Shown: positions 47,561 to 56,110 of the stretch, piece after piece
Layout of the letters: the number at the start of each line of letters is the position of its first letter
Numbering within the stretch: position 1 is the stretch's first letter
Source of the DNA: Thermoplasmatales archaeon
Lineage (GTDB): Archaea; Thermoplasmatota; E2; DHVEG-1
NCBI GenBank assembly: GCA_020341795.1
Contig: CP070836.1
Coordinates: 1,535,613 to 1,599,612 of the forward strand
Reading direction: 5' to 3'
Length of the DNA stretch: 64,000 nt
Position numbers and translations under genes: made by a program
The notes under the pieces: generated by a model
Seen by the model: only the letters and a program-made list of their open reading frames with translations
The model's database searches: none
Told to the model about the DNA's origin: nothing

Positions 47561-48087
47561 TACATTTAGTAGCTGTAGGATCATTTTTTTTCATTATAGC
47601 AATTTTTGTATTATTTATATCTAATTTAATGAAACGTAATATTAGAAGAATAAAAGATGAAAAAAATATATTTTCGGGTAAAATAACCTATAATGACCTA
47701 TACAAACCTGCAAAGCCTTTATATTCTAAAATATTAAGATTATCTGGAAAACCTGATTATATAATAAAACAAGGTAAATATTACATACCTATCGAATTAA
47801 AAACAGGAAAACACAATAAACCACAGGAAAATCACATATACCAGCTTGCAGCTTATTGTCAATTATTAGAAGATAACTATAACGGTTTTGTACCATATGG
47901 AATTCTTGTTTACAATAATATGCATCAATATAAAATTCCTTATGGCCCAAAAACTCGTTTTGAACTTGAAAATACAATTAAAAAAATGAGATATGCACTT
48001 AAAAATAAAAAAATAGTTATAAATCATAATGATATTAGACGGTGTAATTCTTGTTCAATGCGCATTTATTGTAATATTAATATGTGA
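47557..48087 (+). CDS. Cas4-like PD-(D/E)xK nuclease, C-terminal core with Cx2Cx5C cluster ligands
   Basis: TM helix, then GKPDYII (motif II Asp), IPIELKTGK (ExK), IYQLAAYCQLLE (QxxxY) and RRCNSCSMRIYC (C-x2-C-x5-C). TTG start overlaps the upstream stop in a T6 run. Confidence 0.6.
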   Translation: MIHLVAVGSFFFIIAIFVLFISNLMKRNIRRIKDEKNIFSGKITYNDLYKPAKPLYSKILRLSGKPDYIIKQGKYYIPIELKTGKHNKPQENHIYQLAAYCQLLEDNYNGFVPYGILVYNNMHQYKIPYGPKTRFELENTIKKMRYALKNKKIVINHNDIRRCNSCSMRIYCNINM

Positions 48088-48572
48088 ATATTAATATCAA
48101 AAAGTTATTGATAATAGATTAAATAGAGTTTAAGAACAATAAGATCTTCATTATACCACATGAAATTCTTAAAAAATAAATAAAGGTTTTTCAAATCAAA
48201 GACTTAATAAAATTCTTTTTTTATTCATATGAAAATTTTAATATAAAAATATAATAAAATCCATTTAGTAAGATAATAAAAAATTTATTTTTTTGTAATC
48301 ATATCAAATACATCGTTTAAAAATTCTCTTTTTTCAGGTGTCGGTGACCAACTAAACCCATTTTCATCTCTTGTAAAATTTGGTGCATTTGTATCAAACC
48401 TAGTCATAAGAGTTAAATTTCCAGTGTTTGGATCTCTACTAAAAGGTGCTAGAAAGAGCCAAGATTATTATTTACAATTATTAGAAGATAGATTAATAAT
48501 TTTGAATTCTTAGGATATTATATTTATGATATCTTAGTAGATATATGGTAAAGGTTTTTATTAAAATTGTAA

Positions 48573-50363
48573 ATGTCCCTACTCAGTATTATGAGAATAG
48601 CAGTATTGTTAAGGGATCGGTGTAAATCAAAAAATTGTACTAGAGAATGTATAAAGTTTTGCCCTAGAGTACGCGCTGGTGATGAAACCATTGTTATGGG
48701 TGAAGAAGGTAAACCAATCATTTCTGAGGAACTATGTGTTGGTTGTGGAATATGTATTCACAAGTGTCCATTTGGAGCTATTAAGATAATAGGCCTTGCT
48801 AAAGAACTTGATACTGATTTAGTTCATCAATTTGGGAAAAATAGTTTCCGACTTTATAGGTTACCAATTCCTAAGGAGGGTAGCTGTATTGGAATACTTG
48901 GGCCCAATGGTATTGGGAAAACCACTGCGATTAAAATTCTATCAGGTCAAATTATTCCGAATCTTGGAAATTATAAAAACAAATCATCATGGGATGACGT
49001 TTTAGAATATTATGCTGGCACAGAGCTTTATAATCATTTTAATCAAATTAATTCTAAAAATATATCAAGTGTTGTAAAACCGCAGTACGTTGATAGACTT
49101 CCAAAGATTTTAAAAGGTAGAATTGGTGATATTCTTAAAAAAGCTGATAGTTCTAACAATTATGATAAAATTAATGATCAATTAGGTCTTTTTTCCATTC
49201 TTGATAAACATATTGAGAAAGGTGAAATTTCTGGTGGTGAGCTTCAACTCATATCTATTGCGGCAGCTTTATTGAAAGATGTTAATATTTATTTTTTTGA
49301 TGAACCTTCAAGTTATCTTGATATACATCAGCGTTTAAAGGTTGCAAGAATAATTAAAGATTTATCACTAAAAAAAAAGGTTCTTGTTATTGAGCATGAT
49401 CTCGCAATTTTAGATTTCTTATGTGACCAAGTTCATCTTGTTTATGGAGATGAAGGAGCATATGGTGTTGTTACTTACCCACGTGGAGTTCGTCATGCAA
49501 TTAATACATATCTTTCAGGTTATTTAAAGGAGGAAAATATACGTTTTGGAGAAAAAATTGAGTTTTTTGCACATCCTCCTAAACAACGTCAGCAGATGAA
49601 TATCCTAGTAACATATGATAACCTTTCAAAAACTTATGAAGGTTTTAATCTTGATGTTGAAAATGGTGTTATTCGTCAGGGTGAAATCGTTGGAATAGTA
49701 GGTCCTAATGCAATAGGTAAAACAACTTTTGTTAAAATGCTTGCAGGGGAGATAAAACCTACAGAGGGAAAGGTTGAACATGATATTAAAATAAGCTATA
49801 AACCTCAATATATAACTCCTGATTTTGAAGGAACAGTAAGAGAATTATTTGAAAAAAAAGCCCAAGCGCTTTTTACTAGTTCTTTGTATAAAGCTGAAAT
49901 ATTTGAACAATTTAATCTTAAATACTTACTCGATAAGAAAATCGATACACTATCTGGTGGTGAACTCCAAAGAGTAGCTACTGCTAATTGTTTAGTACAA
50001 GATGCAGATATTTATCTTGTTGATGAGCCATCTGCATATCTTGATAGTGAACAGAGGATGATAACATCGCGTACAGTGAGACGGGTTATCGAAAAATCTG
50101 GTAGATCTGCAATGATAGTGGATCATGATGTATACTTTATTGATATGATTAGTGATGCATTAATTGTATTTGATGGTATTCCAGGTAAAACCGGGAAAGC
50201 ACAGGGACCCTTTAGTTTACATGAAGGTATGAATCGCTTTCTAAAAGATGTGGATATAACATTCAGACGTGATGAAGATACAAAAAGACCCCGTGTGAAT
50301 AAACCGGATTCATATATGGATAGAAAGCAACGTAAAGAAGGTGAATACTACTATAGTATTTAG
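48573..50363 (+). CDS. abcE1: ABCE1 / RNase L inhibitor-type ribosome-recycling ATPase
   Basis: N-terminal 2x[4Fe-4S] (CKSKNCTRECIKFCP; CVGCGICIHKCP) plus two ABC domains (GPNGIGKTT, LSGGELQ). The start is possibly at MRIAVL (48591). Confidence 0.95.
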   Translation: MSLLSIMRIAVLLRDRCKSKNCTRECIKFCPRVRAGDETIVMGEEGKPIISEELCVGCGICIHKCPFGAIKIIGLAKELDTDLVHQFGKNSFRLYRLPIPKEGSCIGILGPNGIGKTTAIKILSGQIIPNLGNYKNKSSWDDVLEYYAGTELYNHFNQINSKNISSVVKPQYVDRLPKILKGRIGDILKKADSSNNYDKINDQLGLFSILDKHIEKGEISGGELQLISIAAALLKDVNIYFFDEPSSYLDIHQRLKVARIIKDLSLKKKVLVIEHDLAILDFLCDQVHLVYGDEGAYGVVTYPRGVRHAINTYLSGYLKEENIRFGEKIEFFAHPPKQRQQMNILVTYDNLSKTYEGFNLDVENGVIRQGEIVGIVGPNAIGKTTFVKMLAGEIKPTEGKVEHDIKISYKPQYITPDFEGTVRELFEKKAQALFTSSLYKAEIFEQFNLKYLLDKKIDTLSGGELQRVATANCLVQDADIYLVDEPSAYLDSEQRMITSRTVRRVIEKSGRSAMIVDHDVYFIDMISDALIVFDGIPGKTGKAQGPFSLHEGMNRFLKDVDITFRRDEDTKRPRVNKPDSYMDRKQRKEGEYYYSI

Positions 50364-50599
50364 TGAAAATCTCTCTATATTAAGAATGCTTATTCTTAGA
50401 ATGATATGGTTAGGGGGATTAATGGTACTAAACCTAAGAAAAATCCCTAGAAATCACGAATTGAATGAGATATAATACTTCATAGAGACATGGTTGAAGC
50501 TTATACTTAAGGTGGTAAGGCAATCGGGGATTTTATAAGAAAAAAAGAAAAAAACTTCGCAATAGTTATAAATAAAGTTTATTTTATCCATTTCTTGAT

Positions 50600-51187
50600 A
50601 TGCCGCGGTCAGGGAGGCTTCGAAGCTTTATAAGAGAATATAGGGAATCACCAAGAACTAATAAGTTATCATTTATCCCACCTTTTTTAATTTTAATACT
50701 TGAAATAATACTTTTTTCATATGCATATATTAATAATGAAATACCAGTTATGGTGTTAACACTTATTTTATTAACAATATCTATAATTGAGGCAATTCTT
50801 GTATCACGAGAGATACATGAGCATTATATACAGACAAATTTTGATAAAATTTTAACAATTAGACTTGATGATTTTATAACAGAAAAAAAAGAAAAAAATG
50901 TAAAAAAAATAGTAACAGATTTTATCGATCAATATCCACAATATAATGTACATAGAAATGAGATATATCATACAACTTGTCAAATACTTGAAACTCATAA
51001 GGTAGAAAAAATAGAACATGAAATAGAAAACAAATTAAAATTGTTTATAAGAAAACGAAAGAAGGCAAATGTTGATGAAATTGTTAAAGGATTTGTAAAT
51101 AAATTTCCCAAGTATAAAGGATATAGAATAGAAATATACGAAAAAACTTGTATTTTACTTGGTATAAAAAATAAAAGATCAAAATGA
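50600..51187 (+). CDS. Hypothetical membrane protein with duplicated C-terminal module
   Basis: Two predicted TM helices, then two about 45-aa repeats (VKKIVTDFIDQYPQYNVHRNEIYHTTCQILE and VDEIVKGFVNKFPKYKGYRIEIYEKTCILLG). The GC-rich 5' end may not be coding. Confidence 0.4.
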   Translation: MPRSGRLRSFIREYRESPRTNKLSFIPPFLILILEIILFSYAYINNEIPVMVLTLILLTISIIEAILVSREIHEHYIQTNFDKILTIRLDDFITEKKEKNVKKIVTDFIDQYPQYNVHRNEIYHTTCQILETHKVEKIEHEIENKLKLFIRKRKKANVDEIVKGFVNKFPKYKGYRIEIYEKTCILLGIKNKRSK

Positions 51188-53074
51188 TTCACGTTTTTTC
51201 CATGCTTTTAAAATAATTTTTCTAAGTTCATCTACATCTTTAGCTTTAATCCATTCTTTTTTAAAATTAGTTTCTTCAGAAATTTGAATAATCCACATTA
51301 AACTATGCATGTAAAAACTTTTTTCATCAGGAGATGCAACAATTATAAAAAACGCATGCACAGGAGGAGTATCATCTGCTAAAAAGATTCCCATCTTGCT
51401 TCTAACAAGAATAATTCCATATTTATCACGACCTTTAATCATATGAGTAACAATTGCAATTCCAGGGTGTATTACTACATTTGAATCTTTCTCACGTTTT
51501 CGAAGTAGCTTATAAAGTTTATCTTTATCTATATCAAGATTTCTAGATAATTTATGTGCAATAATCCAAGCAAATTTATCGGGGCGCATATACTTATATA
51601 AATCTAGTACTTCACATTCTTTAATTATTTTTTCAAAACGTGCTTCTTCAAGGTTATCCCGCTCGATTAATATTTCACGTAGTTCTTCATCTACTAGATA
51701 ACCAGATGATTTTTCTCCTGTTACTCTTTCAACTAAGTTTAAGAAAGTATATTCCCTCCAAATTTTATCGCGTGCATAAAACCAATACCAGCCAAAACCA
51801 AATATAAGAAAACAACTTACAATAAAAATTGGTACAATGCCCATTTGAATAATTAAAAATATAAATCCAATAACTCCACTTACTTGAATCAAAGGATAAA
51901 AAGGTGTTTTAAACCTTGGGCGATAGTTTCTAATTTTACTTTCACGCATAATAATGACAGAAAGAGTAATAAGTAAAAATAGCAGAATTTTTAAAGTTGA
52001 TGCTGTCTTTACTAAATTTTCGTTATCTAAAAATAAAATTACACTTATCATAAAACCAGTAGTAAATAAAATCGAAAAATATGGCGTTCCTCGTTTTGTC
52101 ATTTTAGTAAAAGCATTTGGAAGTAGCTGATCTTTGCCCATTGCCATTGGATCACGAGATGCAGCAAGGAGACCAGCATTAGCTGTAGATACAAATGCAA
52201 GAATTGCAGCAATAGCCATAATTATTCCACCAAATCCAAAAAACAAAGGAATATTATCAGCACCTGTAGAAATAGGTGTAAGATTAGGAGAACCATCTGC
52301 AAGAGTGAACTGACTAGGTTCCATAACACCGACAGTCACGATTAGTACTAATAAATATAAAAGTGTTATTAAACCCCATGAAAGAAACATACCTAATGGA
52401 ATATTTCTTGCTGGTTTTTTACACTCCTCTGCAACACTGCAAACTTTTGTCAAACCACCATAAGATACAAAGATTAATCCCGCAGTTGAAAAGATACCGA
52501 AAGTACTAAATGATGTAATTCCCTCAAAATTTTCAATATTTATATAAAAATTTCCTAGAAGAATATAAATTACAAGTAAAAATAATAGTCCCAAAACAAT
52601 AGCTATTTGAGTTTTTCCAGTATGTTTTACTCCTCTAATATTAATCAATGCAAAAATAATACAAAAAAGGACAGCTATTGATTTAGTAATAATTGGATTG
52701 TTAAAAGATTCATTTAGTATAATTGAAAAAATCCCAATTCCTACTAATGCAAACGCACTTTTAAATGCAAGAGAAAACCATGCTGCAAATCCACCGATTG
52801 TACCCATAAGAGGACCCATACTCCTATCGATAAAAAAATATGTTCCACCAGCTTTAGGCATAGCAGTTGTTAGTTCTGCTTTAGAAAAAACAGCAGGAAT
52901 AATTAAAAGACTTGCAATAGCATAAGAAAAAATTATTCCTGCACCAATCTTTGAATAAGCAATACCAGGTAAAACAAACAATCCGGAGCTTATCATAGCA
53001 CCAGAAGCTATACAAAAAATGTCAAGAAGTCCTAATTCTCTTTTAAGTTTTCTCTCTCCCTTCTCAACACCCAT
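51179..53074 (-). CDS. APC-family amino acid permease fused to C-terminal PTS-EIIA(type 2)-like regulatory domain
   Basis: About 12 TM helices (start LGLLDIFCIASGAMISSGLFVLPG) and a roughly 200-aa cytoplasmic tail with an EIIA2-like HPGIAIVTHMIKG...GIILVRSKMGI pattern. Confidence 0.7.
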   Translation of the reverse strand: MGVEKGERKLKRELGLLDIFCIASGAMISSGLFVLPGIAYSKIGAGIIFSYAIASLLIIPAVFSKAELTTAMPKAGGTYFFIDRSMGPLMGTIGGFAAWFSLAFKSAFALVGIGIFSIILNESFNNPIITKSIAVLFCIIFALINIRGVKHTGKTQIAIVLGLLFLLVIYILLGNFYINIENFEGITSFSTFGIFSTAGLIFVSYGGLTKVCSVAEECKKPARNIPLGMFLSWGLITLLYLLVLIVTVGVMEPSQFTLADGSPNLTPISTGADNIPLFFGFGGIIMAIAAILAFVSTANAGLLAASRDPMAMGKDQLLPNAFTKMTKRGTPYFSILFTTGFMISVILFLDNENLVKTASTLKILLFLLITLSVIIMRESKIRNYRPRFKTPFYPLIQVSGVIGFIFLIIQMGIVPIFIVSCFLIFGFGWYWFYARDKIWREYTFLNLVERVTGEKSSGYLVDEELREILIERDNLEEARFEKIIKECEVLDLYKYMRPDKFAWIIAHKLSRNLDIDKDKLYKLLRKREKDSNVVIHPGIAIVTHMIKGRDKYGIILVRSKMGIFLADDTPPVHAFFIIVASPDEKSFYMHSLMWIIQISEETNFKKEWIKAKDVDELRKIILKAWKKRESF

Positions 53075-53102
53075 TCACTCTAATAATATCATTATTGTAT
53101 AT

Positions 53103-54344
53103 CTAAGTTTCCGTTAATTCTTTTAGTTTAATTAGATTACCTTTTTTGATTATAGTTTCAACAAGGTTTATTCCAAAATGATATGGTATAAACTTATGAT
53201 TAGGGCAATTTAGAACAATAACATCAGCAACTTTACTTTTTTCTAAACTACCAATATAATTATTCAATCCAATTGCACAAGAAGCATTAAAAGTTGCAGC
53301 ACAGATTGCTTCAGCAGATGTCATATTCATATTAAAACATGCAAGTTGAATCATGAGTTGCATACTTTCCACCCAACAATTAGGATTAAGATCAGTTGCA
53401 AGTGCAACAGGAACACCTAAATCTATCATATTACGAGCATTAACGTATTCTTTCATCATAAGAGAAAAAGGCGTACCTGGTAATAAAACACCAATAACTT
53501 CTTTTTCAGCCATTTTATTTAAACCGCTATTTGATGATCTAAGAAGATGATCAGCGCTAATTGCATTAATTTCTGCTGCAAGTGAAGCACCTCCAGTATT
53601 TACGATTTCATCTGCATGAATTTTTGGTGTTAATCCATTTTTTTTACCAGCTTTTAATATCTTTTTTGATTGATTAATTGTAAAAACACCCCTTTCACAA
53701 AAAACATCACAAAATTTTGCATAATCCTTAACACGAGGTATCATTTCCTCAATAATTAGTTTTGTATATTCATGATTACTATAATTATCAGGAATAGCAT
53801 GGGCTCCAAGAAATGTTGAAATAATGTCCACAGAATGATTTTCATTAAGTTTTTTATTAATCTTAAGAATTTTTAACTCATTTTTAGTATCAAGTCCATA
53901 TCCGCTTTTTGCTTCACAAGTTGTTGTCCCGTAGGATAGCATACTGTCAAGACGTTTTTTACTTTCCTCAAGTAATAAATTATTCGATGCTTTTCTTGTT
54001 TGGTTAACAGTGTATTTAATCCCTCCACCTTTCTTTAAAATCTCCATGTAAGTTGCACCTTTAAGTTTCATATCAAGTTCGAATTCCCTTGAACCTGCAA
54101 AAACTAAATGTGTATGAGGATCAACAAATCCTGGCATCACTGTTTTTCCTTTTGCATCAATTGTTTTACTTGCTTTATAATTTAATTTCTTACCAATATC
54201 AACAATAAGACCATCATTTATTGCTAAGTCACCATTTCTTATAATTCCAATATTACTCATGTTCTTGTTTTTTCTTGGCTTATTTGGTCCTTTTAAAGTG
54301 ATTAATTCATTTGAATTTTTAATTAATATATCAACTGTTTCCAT
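53103..54344 (-). CDS. hutI: Imidazolonepropionase
   Basis: 413 aa amidohydrolase with the HutI-like metal motif GFVDPHTHLVFAGSR and downstream His/Asp ligands. Confidence 0.75.
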   Translation of the reverse strand: METVDILIKNSNELITLKGPNKPRKNKNMSNIGIIRNGDLAINDGLIVDIGKKLNYKASKTIDAKGKTVMPGFVDPHTHLVFAGSREFELDMKLKGATYMEILKKGGGIKYTVNQTRKASNNLLLEESKKRLDSMLSYGTTTCEAKSGYGLDTKNELKILKINKKLNENHSVDIISTFLGAHAIPDNYSNHEYTKLIIEEMIPRVKDYAKFCDVFCERGVFTINQSKKILKAGKKNGLTPKIHADEIVNTGGASLAAEINAISADHLLRSSNSGLNKMAEKEVIGVLLPGTPFSLMMKEYVNARNMIDLGVPVALATDLNPNCWVESMQLMIQLACFNMNMTSAEAICAATFNASCAIGLNNYIGSLEKSKVADVIVLNCPNHKFIPYHFGINLVETIIKKGNLIKLKELTET

Positions 54345-54401
54345 ATTGTTTTCCCAAAGGGTTAAAAGAAGAACTTAGATTAAGGGTTTGCGGTGCATAT
54401 A

Positions 54402-56063
54402 ATGGATAAAATAGTAGAATGCGTACCAAATTTTAGCGAGGGAAAAGACAAAACTGTAATTAACGCAATTTCTGCAGCTATTGAGTCTGTAAATTGTGTA
54501 AAACTTTTAGATGTTGATCCAGGCGAGGATTTCAATAGGACTGTTTTTACTTTTGTTGGAGAACCAGAGCCCATTCTTGAGGCTGCATTTCGTGCAGCAA
54601 AAATTGGTATTGCTTTAATAGATATGTCAAAACATAAAGGGGAACATGCAAGAATGGGGGCTCTTGATGTATGTCCATTTATACCTATAAAGGGTGTTAA
54701 TGATAAAGATTGTATAGAAATATCAAAAAAATTCGGACAAAGAATCGCAAAAGAACTAAATGTTCCTGTTTTTTTATATGCTAAATCAGCTACAAAAAAA
54801 GAAAGAATAAGGCTTCCTGATATCCGAAAAGGGGAATATGAAGCACTTGAAGAAAAATTTAAGGATCCATCATATAAACCTGATTTTGGAAAACCAGTTT
54901 TTGTCCCAAAAAGTGGTGCGACTGCAACAGGATGTAGAGACATTCTACTTGCGTATAATATAAACTTAGACTCAAATGATAAATCATTAGCTTCGAAAAT
55001 CGCAGGAAAAATTAGAACAAGTGGAGTTTTAAAAAAAGATAAAGATGGTAATAAAATAATTGGATCTGATGGTAAACCAGAAAGAATACCCGGTAAATTT
55101 AAAGGTGTTCAAGCAGGAGGTATGATGTATAATGAGGATATCTCCCAAGTATCAATGAATTTATTAAATTTTAGAGAAGTAAATATTAACCATGTTTACG
55201 AAGAAGTGAAAAAAGAAGCAGCAAAGCTCGGAATAAAAGCGACTGGAAGTGAAATAGTTGGACTTGTTCCAAAAGAATCACTGATATTAGCAGGTAAATA
55301 TTATTCAGAAAAAGAAAAAACAAATATTATAGATGAATTAGAATTAGTAAATCTTGCTGTTGAGAAACTTGGTCTTTCAGATTTATATCTATTTAAACCA
55401 GAACAAAAAGTTATAGAATATATGGTTGAAGAAACGGGACAACTAGTTTCTATGAAAGTTGGAGGTTTTTTATCAGAGCTTGCTTCAAATAGTCCAGCAC
55501 CAGGAGGTGGGAGCGTTGCTGCTCTTGCTGGAGGCTTAGGAGCTGGTTTAAGTTCTATGGTTTGTAATCTTACAATTGGAAAAGAAAAATATGCTGATGT
55601 TGAAAAAGATATCAAAAAAACTCTAATTCAAAGTGAAAAAATTAGGAAAAAATTAACTTTTCTAATTGATAAGGATACAGAAGCATTTAATGATGTTATA
55701 AAAGCATTTCAAATGCCTAAAGAAACAGAGCAGCAAAAAACGAAAAGAAGTGCGGCAATTCAAAATGGTTATAAAACTGCTGCCATGGTACCACTTGAGA
55801 CAGCAATGACTTGTGCTGAGGTATTGGATGTTGCATTGGTTGTTGCTCAGAAAGGAAATGTTAACTCAATTACTGATGCTGCAGTATCTGCTATTATGGC
55901 TAAAGCAGGTGTTGAAGGTGCAATTTTAAATATCAGGATTAATCTTGGATCAATAAAAGATGAAAAATTTGTGAAAGAGATGTCAACAGATCTTGAAAAA
56001 TTATTAAAATGCACCTCAAAAAAGACTGAGGAAATATTAAAAATTGTAAATAGTAAGATGTAA
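54402..56063 (+). CDS. ftcD: Formiminotransferase-cyclodeaminase (glutamate formiminotransferase + cyclodeaminase domains)
   Basis: N-terminus MDKIVECVPNFSEGKDK (FTCD-N start) and a C-terminal cyclodeaminase/cyclohydrolase motif SPAPGGGSVAALAGGLGAGLSSMVCNLTIGK. The ATG at 54402 is preferred over the track GTG at 54393. Confidence 0.85.
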   Translation: MDKIVECVPNFSEGKDKTVINAISAAIESVNCVKLLDVDPGEDFNRTVFTFVGEPEPILEAAFRAAKIGIALIDMSKHKGEHARMGALDVCPFIPIKGVNDKDCIEISKKFGQRIAKELNVPVFLYAKSATKKERIRLPDIRKGEYEALEEKFKDPSYKPDFGKPVFVPKSGATATGCRDILLAYNINLDSNDKSLASKIAGKIRTSGVLKKDKDGNKIIGSDGKPERIPGKFKGVQAGGMMYNEDISQVSMNLLNFREVNINHVYEEVKKEAAKLGIKATGSEIVGLVPKESLILAGKYYSEKEKTNIIDELELVNLAVEKLGLSDLYLFKPEQKVIEYMVEETGQLVSMKVGGFLSELASNSPAPGGGSVAALAGGLGAGLSSMVCNLTIGKEKYADVEKDIKKTLIQSEKIRKKLTFLIDKDTEAFNDVIKAFQMPKETEQQKTKRSAAIQNGYKTAAMVPLETAMTCAEVLDVALVVAQKGNVNSITDAAVSAIMAKAGVEGAILNIRINLGSIKDEKFVKEMSTDLEKLLKCTSKKTEEILKIVNSKM

Positions 56064-56110
56064 TTCTGGAAATAATTAAGTAGGTCTTTTTTACTATCCG
56101 TTTTTTAATT

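Noticed and set aside
50380-50460. C/D-box sRNA in the abcE1 downstream spacer
   Set aside because: AATGATATGG only loosely resembles a C box (RUGAUGA), and no CUGA D box follows at the right distance. The evidence is insufficient.
54380-54943. 187-aa ORF 54380..54943(-) antisense to ftcD
   Set aside because: It is fully contained in the formiminotransferase N-domain coding region. Its P/S/A-rich composition is typical of antisense reading. No support.
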